DNA from: Magallana gigas
Taxonomy: Eukaryota
DNA length: 64,000 nucleotides
Direction of reading: 5' to 3'
Assembly (NCBI RefSeq): GCF_963853765.1
Contig: NC_088860.1
Location: forward strand, 22,444,001-22,508,000
In this document: piece by piece, positions 12,550 through 26,708 of the stretch
How positions within the stretch are numbered: position 1 is the first letter of the stretch
Layout of the letters: each line of letters begins with the position of its first letter
Translations under genes and position numbers: made by a program
Notes under the pieces: generated by a model
Seen by the model: only the letters and a program-made list of their open reading frames with translations
What the model was told of the DNA's origin: nothing
Databases searched by the model: none

Positions 12550-13290
12550 TACATTTACAAAGGTATATAGCTTCAAACCATTCTGACTCTTGTGTGGTGT
12601 AGTTGAATGTTCATATTGGCCACAGACGAAGGAGATGGTAGTCGATCGGGTTCTTTTCCAGCCACGCTCACAGTTCAATGAGAAGTTGTTGATAGTCTTA
12701 TTACGTTGTGTCAGTGTCGTACGTTTAGTGCGTTTGGTAGCTTTCTTTGGTGAATTAAATTTATATTTTAACACTCAGGTTTTCCTTAAAACGTCTTTAG
12801 AATATATGATAACTTGGACTTAAATATTATTTTTCCTGCATTAGATTTTAGTTTTCCATAAAAAAAAAGTTTGTTAAAGACATAGCATTTGGCGTGGCAT
12901 CGCCTCTAAAGTTAGTCAGATATGTAGCTTTGGGCATTTCGGACTTTACTGCTTTTGATAATATGAGTAGAGCAAGTTCTATTTCCAAGAATTCCGTAAA
13001 CTATCTATGCCATTAGTTTTCGATTTGTTCTACCAAAGTTTTTCATGTTCTGACCATAATCAACCAATAGCCACCTTAGTTTATGTCAGATTACAATTTT
13101 CAGACTGTGTTATTATTTATTCGGCATTTTTGGGTGTCTAGCGTGCTACTGTAGAGCTAAAAACGTCATTTCAGTAGAGCAAGACATCTGAGGAAGAGTT
13201 TGTTGAATAATTAAAGTGATAAGTAGTCTCCAGCAAGTTCTAAATAGAAATCAATCGATCGTAAATGAAAATTCTCCTGGATATTGATAA
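12550..13290 (-). pseudogene. Decayed coding-like remnant of unknown origin (second copy at ~23500-24240)
   Basis: One long stop-riddled frame: IQENFHLRSIDFYLELAGDY..LFNKLFLRCLALLK..GGYWLIM..EFLEIELALLILSKAVKSEMPKATYLTNFRGDATPNAMSLTNF. The paralogue keeps an 81-codon stretch (23694-23939). Confidence 0.3.
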
Positions 13291-15784
13291 TTTTCACAAA
13301 TGAATTTAATAATACCGGTTTTTATTAAATCACAAATAACATTCTACATTGAAACACAGTTATATTGAAATATAATTATTACTACTTAGTTTGTTTTTGC
13401 TGGCTTTCATTTAAAAAATAAATAAATGTTATTTTTTTTCCAGGTACATCTATGAAATGAGGAACTTTCAAAACAAAGTTTTTAAAATTGGATTTTTCCC
13501 ATCAGTTATTTTCAATCGATTACAAAAAATCAGATATGTGTGTGCGTGCGCATGCATGTGCATGCGTGAGCTTGTGGTTTTTCTTCTCTGTAACTTGATT
13601 AAATTAGACGAATTTATGCTAGAAAATTAATCATAAAGAGGTGTAATGCTTTTTCCTTTTATTTCGCTTACACAGGTATTTGTAAGGAGATTACCCTTTA
13701 CTATAGATAAACACAGGTACTTGTCGTCATGTGATTTTTTAAACCTAGATACTGAATTTTAAATGATGTATCTATCAATTAATTTGTCATAAAATCAGGG
13801 AACCTGCATCAAGAACTGAATATGTTAAACCTTATGTATAAATTCAGCTGCTATTCTGAATTGTGATTACTTCCCGCAAAATGTGATGAACAAGGATTGG
13901 TTATTTGACTGTACATGTAGTATTATTCAACGTGCTCATATTCATACTCATACTTAGAATTTAACAAGAGATTTTTGAGAAAAAGAAATCCAGCATATTA
14001 GATACATATATTCTTATCATACTTTGAATAAAAATTGATATGCATATATATTGTAAGAAATATAACTGAGACACCTGGTTATTGTGTTTAAGGGGATATG
14101 CGGCCATCTTGTATATTTGAGGATAAGTATGTCAACATTAATTTTTTTTTTTAACTGGCTTGTTTTTTACCGCAACTGACAAAACTGTTGTCAAAAGATT
14201 TAAAAGCAAAACATATGAGATTCTACATGTTGTTTTGTATGCAAATTATGCATTAATATCAGGACAATGTCTTTTTAATCAATTAAAGCAACTGTCGAAC
14301 TGCGCATCTACAGACTCATTTTGAAGATCTAAAAATATAAAGGGGGTTCATTGTCCTCTCTACAACAAAGAACTCTGTGGAGTTTATGAATAGCAAAAAA
14401 TTACGACAGTGTGCTAGATAAACATCTCTACCAGGTAATGGAAATATTTATATTATATAACACTGTTTCAATGGGAATTTCTCTTTAAAATATGAAAAAT
14501 TCATCAAGATTATTGAAAGCTTTAAAACTTTTGTTTATTATTGACTTTACAATTACAACATAAAGACAAAGATAGAACAAGATTTATAGGATGAGTTAAA
14601 TGTATTTGAAATCTGTGCATACTGTCATAGTAGGGAATACAAACGATGGAGCAATTTTCATCGAATAATATACTTATGTATATGCTACAAAAAAAGTAAT
14701 GAAAGAGACATCGAATGTGTCATTAGCCTCTCTTTCCTAACTCTCTTACATTTGTCATTAATAAAAGTGCATGTACAAACACAAATACAAAAAAACAAAA
14801 CCAAACAAAATACCGTATATAACTAGTTTAATCAAAGATTAAAAAAGTAATTTACTTGTGTATGATTACAACAAATCAATTACCAACTTATTATTATATT
14901 ATAATCTATAGTCATAGTTCTGAAAAAAAACACCCATAAAACAAACATAGGAAAGGTATAGATTTGTGTATCAAATTCAACACGGATTGTTTTGAATTGA
15001 CATTACTTTTTTCTATAAAATATAACGTCGATACAGGTGTTCTAAGTATAGACTGGATTTTTCTTGTTCTTAAAATAGATCCCATGCCGACTGATAAAAA
15101 TGGGCACTCAATTTTGAGGCAAAGTCACAATATAAATGTGCAATATTCAAACTTTTCCTGAACAGAGGACACCAATGAACCCCCTACAGATTTTATTTTA
15201 GATTTTTAAATCTTCAAAATAAGTTTGTAGCTGCCCAGTTCTGAATAGGGAAATTGCTGTATTCATTTAATCCATTGATAAATATTTTCTACAAATTTAC
15301 AATGTTTTCTTCTTCGAATAATATAATTGTCCAGATTCACCATTCGATGATCGCAACGTTCGGTGATTAACCGGTTAACCGAGTACTCACTAAAAATACC
15401 TATATATTCAATGTGTAGAAAGATTAAAAACAAGAAATGAACGTGTTTACAGATCATTATTTTAAGATTATATAAAAAATGAAGATGGTTGCGATCACAA
15501 AAAAGTTAACACATAACTTACATGAGTAAGTGGGTTTTTTTAAAACCTAATAAATAAAAAAAACGCCATTTGATGTTTCAAGGTTACTTTTTAATGTTTA
15601 AACAACTTAGTCTTATATTAAATCTAGGGGTTTTGACATGTTCTTCTGATAGAGACTATTATTTCAAGCAAAATAAGAAATATTTGGAAACACGTTTGTT
15701 GAAATGTAAATTTGTGGGTCAGAATAATCTAAGAAATTATTTAAGATTGATCTCCCACAAACAATGATGTGATTCGCGATGTGT

Positions 15785-16065
15785 CTACAACATATGCTTT
15801 ACTGCAAATATCTCAACTTCACAGAAATGAAGGTGGCAGTTGACATTATTATTTAGCTGAAAGTGGACAAATTGTCCAACGATGCATTGTTGACATTCAA
15901 CTATCTTGGATACATATTGGCTGTCTGTATTGCAGAGAGTCATTTCGCTTGTGTTTGTTGTCAAACCAATTCTGATGTCATAGAACGCACATGTAGTGTC
16001 CGGGTAACCTGAAATCAGAAGAAGAGCAATTCAGTACGAAACTCATTAAATCACTTGTTGTTTTT

Positions 16066-16120
<55 letters not shown>

Positions 16121-16939
16121 CATAGTGAATGATATACATATAGCACAGGGAAATTCCCTATATTAGAGCTCCACCTCCGCCCCGGCTGGGGCTTGAACTC
16201 GTGACCTCTGGAACCCACTCTCATAGCAATGAGTGGCCACTGCGCTAACCATTCGGCCATCTAGGCACAGATGGCTAGCCTAGATGGATGAATGGTTAAC
16301 GTGGTGGCCGCTCGTGGCCGCTAACCATTCGGCCATCTAGACATATATGGCAAGCCTAAATGGCCGAATGGTTAGCGCGGTGACCGCTCATTGCTAGGGG
16401 AGTGGCCTCCAGAGTTCATTTGTGACGCGCCAAGCAAAAACCTCCCTTAACTGAAAATATTGACAATTTCAGCATCTTATTGATTCTAATAAAGCTTTTT
16501 CTTCTTCTTCCAATGTTATACAGCATTACATATATTTCTCATTGTTAGGGTGTTGCAAGAACGCATTCAAATGAAGAAGTATATGCTTTGACGTCGATCG
16601 CACAAATAAAGGCTACATAATTGTTGCTATATTATTAACTACAGATATTTTAATAACAGTCCCTTAATCTTATTTTGCTTCAGTGTATTTCAAACAATGA
16701 ATAATAGTTTTTGACATATGGAATGGTACAAATGATTCAAATTCATAAAATATATAATGAATTGAATCTCTGTATAGGAACATATTTTTCTTTCTTATAA
16801 AACATATTATTTCTACACAATGTTGCAGAATGAAAGGCAGAATATAGCTGAGATCATCATTTAGAAAACGGTTCACATTTTATAACCTTGCGATTGAAAC
16901 AATTATACTGTCTCAAAAAGAATACAATAGTATATCTTG

Positions 16940-16987
<48 letters not shown>

Positions 16988-19782
16988 ATTTGATATTTTT
17001 CCGTTAATATTTTTTTAAATGTTGGATAACAAATTAACAATGACAGAAATACCTGGAAATTGCAAAAAAAAAAAAAAAGAAACAAAAGACTTTTTATTAT
17101 AAAAATGCATTTAGTTTATCTCCTACACTGTGAAATTACTGAACATATTACACAATTTTAAAGTCAATTGTTATTTAATTTTCATGGGTTTCATTGGCAT
17201 GTGAAACAGGAGAATGAAAATGGCGGAGATATAAAGGTATAATACAATGTATTTTCCTGTGTGAAAGGAATGCACAATCGTTTGAATGAATATCGATGAA
17301 ACATTAATCAAATCAATGAGAATATAAATGAATTAAAATTGTTTTATTTGCATGTGGATAGACATTAGTTTCAACGAAAAATCTAAACAATGGGAGTAGA
17401 AATAATTTAGAGTAGTTTCTTTCTGCATGTGCATCTGCCAAGCGGAAGGACAGAACAATTTGTTCTTAAAGAAATATATGTTTTATTATTTTCATTGGGG
17501 GGGGGGGGGGGGGCAATAATACAAAATAACAAAAGTATTTCTATAAAGAATCTGACCATAAAATAAACAATTTAATATTGTCACAATAGGATAAAAAAGG
17601 AGTTACATTTTCCATACCATGAAAACATGTATTTTTTCTAAAAATCAAAAATTTGGGATTTAGTCTTGAAACGCAATCTTTTGGGTGTTATAAATGCAAA
17701 TATATTGAATATTTCAGAAAAGATTTCTCATAGATTATGATTAGCTTTTGTACACTGCAACACATGTATCTCGCGATGATTTTTTTCTGTTTTGTTGAGC
17801 GACGCCATAAACTACCATACGCGAATTGAAGTTGAAAGTTATTTCTAGAAATGCGTGTATTGCCTTTAGGTGCCTAGTTCAGTGCTTGAATTCAGTTTAT
17901 CAATAGTGTATACGTGCAGCATGCATGTATCTTCATATGTTAACATTAATTAGATTAATTAAAAGTTTAAAGTAAATCTGAAAATCGATATTTTAAATCA
18001 AAAGGTGTTAAATTACATCGTGTTTTCAGATCACAGAAAAAAAATGAGACTTGAAAGCGCCCGACATTTACATTCGATCGTCAGTTCAGCATCGCGTCTG
18101 CTTAGAAACCAAAGATGATTGGAATTATGGTAATTTATTAATTTATCATCAAATATTTTTGGTATTTCAGTAAATTCCTTTATATTTTATTGAGGTCAAA
18201 TAAATGAAAATAACGTATCGTTTTAAATTTAGCTTGGAAGCCTCGATATTTTTCTTGTTCCGCAAAACTAAGAACGACATTCTTTTTTATCTATTTAAAA
18301 AGGACAAATATTTCAACACTTGTTTAGCCTTAATCTATTTATTACTAAATTACGCTATTTTCTAATAAAGAAAATCATTGATGATGCAAAACTTTTTTGA
18401 GGCATAGCAGAATTTCCTTCATAACTATGTAATTGATTCTTAAAACACAGAACTGAAACACATATGGCAGATAAGAATACTTAATATACAGCGTTTACGA
18501 TGTTGTGATACATAGACACGTATTTTAACGTTACGTCATAATTAAGATAAGGCCCTTATCTTACCTCATCATAACGGTGGTTTTTGCTTGGTGCGTCACA
18601 TTTGTAAAAAAACAAAACCTTTAGACCATACTGTAATCTAAATACGTAATTTTCATATTTATATATTTGAATTCAAGTCAGAAGGTATATTTGTACCTAA
18701 ATTATAGACAACGACGTTCAACTGTCTGATTTGGTAAACTTGACCTAGATCGATCAGTATCCATGGTTTCATCTCGATATATGTTGATCCACAAATTCCA
18801 AACGCTCTCCCAGAATTCCCATCAACGATGTACTTTACATCATGATCTGCATAATTTTCTTCGTAGACGGAAGAAGAGTGAACAGTTTTACTCAATGCAA
18901 CGTTCTCAGGGGCAACTGAAGACAAAAAAATGCTCGGGAATAAACAAAAAGCAAAGACATATCATTCTAATGGTTGGTGTTGCAATGCCACTTTAGATCN
19001 NNNNNNNNNNNNNNNNNNNNNNNNNNNNNNNNNNNNNNNNNNNNNNNNNNNNNNNNNNNNNNNNNNNNNNNNNNNNNNNNNNNNNNNNNNNNNNNNNNNN
19101 NNNNNNNNNNNNNNNNNNNNNNNNNNNNNNNNNNCACCGTTGGTAAAGCCTACCCATTTTAGATGAGGATCGGATGCATTTTTTCTCACTTGTATGCAAA
19201 GCTATGCATTCAACATTCTGAACACTGCACTTTGTTACACATGAAAAAAAGAAATAACCATATCAACTAAAAGTTACAGTTGATAGAATTAGAACAAGAT
19301 ATTACAATGAAATTCTCTCTCTCTCTCTCTCTCTCATTATATTTAGTTTTTATATTTTCGGAGTTATTGAAAAACATTTAGAGAGACAATCCTTCTATCT
19401 CGGATTCTCTTTTTCACTTCTCTTTGATAATGCTTACATTTTCTTCCAAGTGCTCCGTGGCAATATCGAGATATTCAAATTCAACTGCGGACTGTAACAG
19501 AGATGGATAAGAACTGTGGCCCACAAAATTCAGCTCGCACGCCAAAGACTTCGAATTATAGTTCACTGACCGACATCCAGTGTTTTGGAGACATTTGTCT
19601 ATGCACATGCGTATCCCACAGTATGGAACTATCTTGAATGTCGCATTCAGCCTTTTGCCTTCTTCTCTTTTCAAAATATACTCAAATTGGTTCGATAGAA
19701 TTAGAAGTGGATAAATTGTTATGATAAATCCGCAACATAAATTCATTCTGTATATATGTTGGTACATAGTACATATTTTCAT
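15785..19782 (-). CDS. Secreted PAN/Apple + F-type-lectin-fold protein, copy C, intact
   Basis: Exons 19782 (or a downstream ATG)-19438, 19229-19154, 18915-18697, 16008-15785. Phases 0/1/1, GT-AG, no stops. N-gap only in an intron. Confidence 0.88.
16069..16416. mobile_element. tRNA-SINE cluster: (TA)n tail, minus-strand SINE, and internally duplicated head-to-head heads
   Basis: CATTCGGCCATCTAGGC-ACAGATGGCTA-GCCTAGATGGATGAATGG at ~16250-16295, with a near-repeat of the same arrangement at ~16325-16375. Confidence 0.75.
19000..19134. other. Assembly gap (N run); the equivalent position in copy D holds a (GA)n tract
   Basis: 135 N. Flanks match ~33260 and ~33345, which enclose (GA)n. Confidence 0.95.
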
Positions 19783-20051
19783 TGCACTAACATGATGATG
19801 TTGAAACTACGTCACTCTGCAAATGCCAATCGATGTTTCATGTGCTCTTGGTATATAGATGTACTGCCACAAGAAAAACTTGATATAAAAATCTATCTGA
19901 GATCAATGAAATAAATGTCAAACGCAAATGCTACAGTATGTTACATAATTCATTTCTGTGTTTCATTTTACTGCAATGTCATAATTTTGCTGATTAATTA
20001 AAACTTCATTACGTACGTCTGGGTTGGCAAGCCTCGCGAATATATACATTA

Positions 20052-21440
20052 AGGACATATCGCATGTTTTTCAATTTTCGGATTTTTTTTAAATAAAATC
20101 ATTCTATACTCATTATAAATGAAGTTTATTATCGTTTTCATAAAATAATCTGGCTATTTCGTGAGTTTGAAAGCGATGGAATTCAAATGTCGCGATATGC
20201 ATATTTTCTCTCTCGGTCTATCCGCTATGATGTGTGACGTCATATGCGACCTCGAGCGAGAAGGTGCTGTTAGCCATCTTTGTAATTGGATTAGATTTAA
20301 ACGACAATTAAACTAATTATCACCTATTAAATTGTCGATAACGGGACATGATGGTTTTTTGTGCCCCCTATGGATGTTCTAGCCGTCAAAAATAGGGATT
20401 TTGACTGTTGTTTTTTTAAGTTTCCCTTACCATACAAAAGTATGCAGAAATCTTGCGACAAATAGGGGTCTATCTGTCGGCGAGAGGATTTATAAATAAA
20501 CATTCAATACATATATTATTAATTATATGGTATATTTTTAGTTTCATAAATAAATCGTATTTATTTTTCAAAGAGAAAAAATAGAAGTTTATGCACAGGG
20601 GGCTGTGTACAAAAGGCAAGTTCATCGGAGAAAAATAACAAGAGAGGACGCCATTTTGGATACCACCTTGCCTCATTAGACATGTTAGATGTTTTCTTAC
20701 TATACGTTCATGTATGCGTCGGTTTAGTATAAATGATTTCTTAATTCATAGCTCACCTCTGCAGAACCATAATATAAGTACGGTAGGTGAGATTTCTATG
20801 AGTTTTATTTTTTTGTGGGAGAAGTCAAGGATCGAGTTGTCCATATTGAATGTTTACGCGAGAAATAGAAAAAGTTTGTTGATATACATATATACGTAAA
20901 TGGATAAAAAAAATACGGAGATGGGATCTTACAGAGAAAACAACAATTAAGGAAAACGTTCTTGCCTGCTTTTATAATATATATTTATACAGTGTAATAT
21001 GGAGTAAACTGCTTACACGTCGATCAATTTGATCGTAAGGGGTTGCTGACTTCATCGTCGCTTCTATGGCAATATTATCTTTTTTTATCCGTACTAGTGG
21101 CTCAAACATGTACGACTGAATAATAAGATTCTTTTAATTTAGTCAACATGTATAAAACAACGTACATGGTGAATAAATGTCAAAATTTAAAGAAGATAAT
21201 GCTAATCCTATACAATTTATTTACAATCAGCTGTTCGAAGAAGGTCGCTTGTGACGTCACTGTACCACGTGACACGCTATCTAATTAAGGAGTTTATAAA
21301 CGATCGGGGCTATAATTTAAATTGACAATATGGCTAATTACCGTTTTTATACCGTTAAACTGTTAAAAGTAATTATGAGATACACAAGGAAGCCAAAAAA
21401 TGTAAAAGGTCCCATACTTTAGAAACATGCGATATGTCCT
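20052..21440. mobile_element. Non-autonomous TIR DNA transposon, ~1.39 kb, TTA flanks (PIF/Harbinger- or Kolobok-like)
   Basis: TTA|AGGACATATCGCATGTTT ... AAACATGCGATATGTCCT|TTA. Absent at the equivalent site in unit 2 (~34281). Confidence 0.85.
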
Positions 21441-22217
21441 TTATTTCAACTCGTTGGATAAAGCAAATATATAATCACCCAATTATAGATATCCTCTATA
21501 TATAATCAGCTCTTCGTTATCCCTCGGGATATTTTGTCTATGCGGATTTTTCTTTTCTATTTTTTTTTTCGCTAGACAATACCATATCATTACGTTGGAC
21601 ATTTTAATTACCAATATTTGAACACATTTTTGAATAACAAATGCAATTTGATTTGACACACGTATGTTTTTTTAAACTATAAATGGAATAGATATCTAAT
21701 CCTCTCCGATATGCTTATTTAAATATACAGTATTTTCTACTATTTTAATTACTAAAATGATGCTTACCAATAAGGTTTCTATATTATAAGAACAAATTTG
21801 AATTAGTAACATTTAGTACTTTATGTTCGGAATATGAATCTTATGTCTGAAAATGTGAAAAAGATTTGTTGTTCGTACTTTATATTTCTAATTATTCAGC
21901 CATGTATTTACTAAGTAAGAAAAAGTCAAGTCATGGCTTTGAATATATGATTCAAAATGTTCTACATAAAGTGGAGAATTTTTATTGTGCTGCGAAATAA
22001 TTCATATACATCATATGTATGCTGGCATTTTAACATTTATTGTAATGGAGTTTTCGCCTTGGCAAGATTCACGTTGCTGAATAAAAAGTGTTCATTTACT
22101 GGAACAGCAATTCCGTTTATTGTGCATGCCTAATCCCGGTTTCCTCTTTGTAAGTATCTTCTTTACGAGATTTGCGCTTGACTTCAACCTTGGTAAACAT
22201 AACGGTATATACCTTAA

Positions 22218-22547
22218 GCCCCTTTCACAATTGGCGCACGAGCAGAAGCGACCAAATATTCGTGCTATCGAAAAAATCAAATATGAATAGTTAATTGTTG
22301 CCGAAATACTTGCATATGAAGAATTTCGCACGATCTAAGCGAGCGTTGTGCGATGTAAACGCATTGAATCTTGCGATATATCTTGCGTCTGTATGCGACT
22401 GTTGTACAATGAAAGCAACTGTTGAAAGATAATACGATAGGAACGCGCGAGAGACTAGGTGATCGAACAATTGAACGTGCGCCAAAGTGATTGGACGTGC
22501 GATTATGCGTTCCATGGTACGAATGATCGTGCGAGTTAGAGAGGGGG
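22218..22547. mobile_element. Probable MITE with imperfect TIRs at the end of unit 1
   Basis: GCCCCTTTCACAATTGGCGCACGA ... TCGTGCGAGTTAGAGAGGGGG; CpG-rich interior. Confidence 0.45.
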
Positions 22548-22954
22548 TATATATACACCGCCCATATTCAGTAGACATAATTGAAAGCGAGAAAATATGC
22601 CGCCCAAGAAGATACAGGTATGCAGCAGCACTTATTATTATACCTCAATATGATTATTCTATTATATCTGATTGGTCTAGAAAGTCACGTGACAGGGCGA
22701 TGTCATAGGAATGAAAAAGCCGATATGAGCATACGATAAAAAAATATTTAATCATTATGATTCTCTTTATATTCCAGAACCAACTTAGCTATCTATGATT
22801 TGTAAAAGAAAAGTGAGACAGTTACATGAGAAATCAAACAATCACGACGTTAATGTTGCGACTGTTCAAAAGTCAAACATAATTAAAAATCAACGTATTT
22901 TGTGTAATCATATGTTGCTTGGTATAATAAAACGTTTATTGCATTAATGTTCAG

Positions 22955-23060
22955 GGAATATGAAGATTTATTCCCTCGAAAAAAAAACAACCAAATTTCT
23001 CTCGGGCGAAGCCCTCGGAATATATGATTTTTCTTGTGGGAATAATTTTTTATAAAAGTA
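22955..23060. repeat. Degenerate palindrome centred on GGGC-GAA-GCCC
   Basis: TTATTCCC...GGGC GAA GCCC...GGGAATAA; loop at 23008-23010. Confidence 0.6.
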
Positions 23061-25534
23061 TTTCTCTCACTATCATGCAATTAATGTATATTGTAAATTT
23101 TGTTCTGAAACAGAGATACTTATACAAGGTATATAAACAATCATTCTGAGAGTATTGCATAAGCAATACACGTCCCCTACCTATATGGAGTTCTGAAGAG
23201 AATATTTTATCTTTTTTGTAAATTAGATGTGCTGTAAATTCCTTATTAAACGCAATGAATTTATATCCGCGTAAAATCGCACACATCGCAGATTCTAAAA
23301 CTTCGCCATTATTTTCTGAGAGTTGAGAACTATAAGAAATATGGATAAATCATCCGTGTTCGCGATATTATATTCTCGCGATTTGATACAAAACAGCAGG
23401 ATCGCGGAAGTAAGTACTCGTGTAATATATGTAATTTACAGTATGACTCGTGTGATCCCCCCTTTTGCAGCTGTTCAATGAGATAGCAATCTGATCACCC
23501 TTCTCCCCTAACCAGTTTAAAGCTCAATGGCAGTCGTTCTCTGTTGGTCGTTATCGACTTGCAGTTCAATGAGAAGTTGTTGATAGTCTTCTAATGTTGT
23601 GTCAGTTGTTGTCTCCAGTTTTGTACATTTGGGTCTACAGTTAATCTGTCGTAAGTTTAATGCGTTTGGCAGCTTTCTTTGGTGAATTAGCACTCAGGTT
23701 TTCCTTAAAACGTCTTTAGATTTTATGTTCAGTGTTTGAAAATAATATTTTGATTCAAATAACTTGGACTTTATTATTATTTTTCCTGCATTAGATTCTG
23801 GTCTTTCCATAAAAAAAAAGTTTGTTAAAGACATAGCATTTGGCGTGACATCGCCTCTAAGGTTAGTCAGACATGTAGCTTTGGGCAATTCGGACTTTAC
23901 TGATTTTGATAATGTGAGTAGGGCAAGTTCTATTTCCAAGAATTCCTCTATGCCGTTAGTTTTCGATCTGTTCTACTGAAGTTTTTCATGTTCTGGCCAT
24001 AATCAACCAATAGCCACCTTAGTTTATGTCAGATTTAGAATTTTCAGACTGTGTTATTATTCACTCGGCATTTTTGGATGTCTGGTGTGTTTTTGTAAAG
24101 CTAAAAACGTCATTTCGGTAGAGCAAGATGTCTGATAAGGAGTTTGTTGAATAATTAAAGTGGAAAGTAGTCTCCAGCAAGTTCTAAATAGGATTCAATC
24201 GATCGTAAATGAAAATTCTCCTGGATATTGATTTTCACAAATGAATTTAATAATACCGGTTTTTATTAAAATCACAAATAACATTATACATGGAAACACA
24301 GTAATATTGAAAAAAATTTATTACTTCTTAGTATGTTTTTGCTGGCTTTCATTTAAGAAATGAATGTTATTTTTTTCCAGGTACATCTATGAAATGAGGA
24401 ACTTTCATAACAAAGTTTTAAAAAAATTGGATTTTTTTCCATCAGTTATCTTCAATCGATTACAAAAAAAATCAGATATACGTGTGCATGTTGTTTTTCT
24501 TTTCTGTAACTTGATTAATTATAAATCAGACGAATTTATGCTAGAAAATTAATCATAAAAAGGTGTAATGCATTTTTTTTATTTCGCTTACACGGGTATT
24601 TGTAAGGAAAGTACCTTTCACTATAAATAAACACAGGTACTTGTCTTCATATGATTTTCTAAACCTAGGTACTGAATTCATAATATCAAGTAACTTGTCA
24701 TAGAATCAGGAAACCTGTATCGAAAAATGAATATGTAAAACCGTATATGTATAAATTCAGCTGATATTCGGAATTGTGATTACCTGTACTTCCCGCAAAA
24801 TGTGATGAACAAGTGTTGGTTTATTGACTTTACATGTAGTATTATTCGACGTGCTCATATTCATACTCATACTCAGAAAGATATTTTTGAGAGAAAGAAA
24901 TCCAGCATATTAGATACATATATTCTTATCATACTTTGAATAAAAATGCGTATATTGTAAAAAAGAAAACTGAGACACCTGGTTATTGTGTTTAAGGGGG
25001 TGTGCGGCCATTTTGTATGTTTGAGGATAAGTATGTCAACATTATTTTTTTTTTGAACTGGCTTGTTTTTGACCGAAACTGACCAAAAACTGTTGTCAAC
25101 AGATTTAAAAGCAATACATATGAGATTCTACATGTTGTTTTGTATGCAAACTATGCAAACAAGAACAGGACAATGCCTTATTAATCAACTAAAGCAACTG
25201 TCGAACTGCGTACCTACAGACTCATTTTAAAGATCTAAAAATATGAAGGGGTTCATTGGTGTCCTCTCTACAACAAAGAAATCTGTGGAGTTTATGAATA
25301 GCAAAAAATTACGATAATGTGCTAAATAAACATCTCTACCAGGTAATGGAAATAGTTATATCACACTGTTTCAAAGGTAATCTCTTTATAATATGACAAA
25401 TTCGTCAAGATTATTGAAAGCTTTAAAACTTTTGTTTATTTTTGACTTTACAATCACAACATAAATACAAAGATCGAACGAGATTTACAGTTAAATGTTT
25501 TTGAAATCTGTGCATACTGTCATAGTAGGGAAAT

Positions 25535-26520
25535 CAGTATTTGCGCTTAACTTTTTTTACTACAAGCCCATAGGGCAAGTGAGGTTACAAAATCTGGTAG
25601 CCCAAACAAAATTTTATTAGCCCTAATCAAGAACAATAAAAACAACTTGACAAAAAATGACTTATCATATTAAATTATATGATAATAATATTTAGTTATC
25701 CTTTTTATTCAAAAAATTACCTTTCACAATTCATGATTTTTTTTATCTTTGATATGTTGTAGCCAGTGATGATAAGAAATTTCTATACTTATCAATTATT
25801 TCAAATTCTGCATGTTAAAAGCAGAAATGGGTCAATAAATATCTGATTCCTGATTATCAACTCATCTCAGTACTTTGATTCAACACGTTGTCAATGATAG
25901 ACTGGCAATGCCTGCCAGACTGGCAATGCATGATATCGTAGGATAGAGACAAAGGACCAATATGTTTCAATGACGAAGAAATAAGAGCTATTTGCATTAT
26001 ATCGCCCATTATCAATTCACGTTTGTACTCAAAATCCACTCCAAGAGATCCGATGATAGAAAGGGTCTTCTCGCTTTGCGAGCTGGGTTTTTCTAAAAAT
26101 AGATTTTATGCTTAACATGGAACAAGGTTTTCCCCGTGTAAGTTGTCGAATTCATGGGCGGCGATTGAACAAAAACTACTTTGATTTGTTTTATTTTGTA
26201 AATATCAAGAAAAACTTTAGAAATATATGTGTAAAAAATTGTTTAACCATTTCAAATTGACAATCACGCAAACAAAAGAGGTTAATGCATGCACTATTTT
26301 CATTAGCGCATGAATAATGTAGTGCAAAATATTCGCAGAAACAGCTATGATAACAAGGACTCGCTCGCGAAGCGAGCCGACTCAAAAATGGTATCATAAT
26401 TTCAATTACCGCCGGAAACAACGTACTAGCCCATCGGGCATGCGCGAATATAATATTTGGTAGCCTGATCCTGATTTTACTAGCCTCGGTCATCGGGCTA
26501 CCGCTTAATTTCGAAGACTG
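25535..26520. mobile_element. Non-autonomous DNA transposon, CAGT...ACTG ends, 6-bp TSD GGAAAT
   Basis: Absent at ~14635 in unit 1. GGAAAT on both sides. Subterminal TAGCCC/GGGCTA motifs. Confidence 0.8.
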
Positions 26521-26708
26521 GGAAATACAAGCGATGGAGCAATTTTCATAGAATAATATACATATGTATATGCTATAAAAAATAGTAAGGAAAGAGACAT
26601 CGTATGTGCCATTAGCTCCTCTTTCCTTACTCTCTTACATTTTTCATTAATAATAGTACATGTACAAACATAAATACAAAAATACAAAACCAAACAAAAT
26701 ACTGTATA

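Larger units (their letters stand above)
12671..22216 (+). repeat. Large direct duplicate, unit 1 (contains lectin copy C)
   Basis: Collinear with 23562-35232. Anchors: 12671/23562, 15785/28886, 19438/33658, 22210/35226. Confidence 0.9.

Noticed and set aside
16148-16158. Perfect NF-kB-like site GGGAAATTCCC in lectin C last intron
   Set aside because: Lies in the SINE body and is not conserved in the paralogous SINE of copy B; likely chance.
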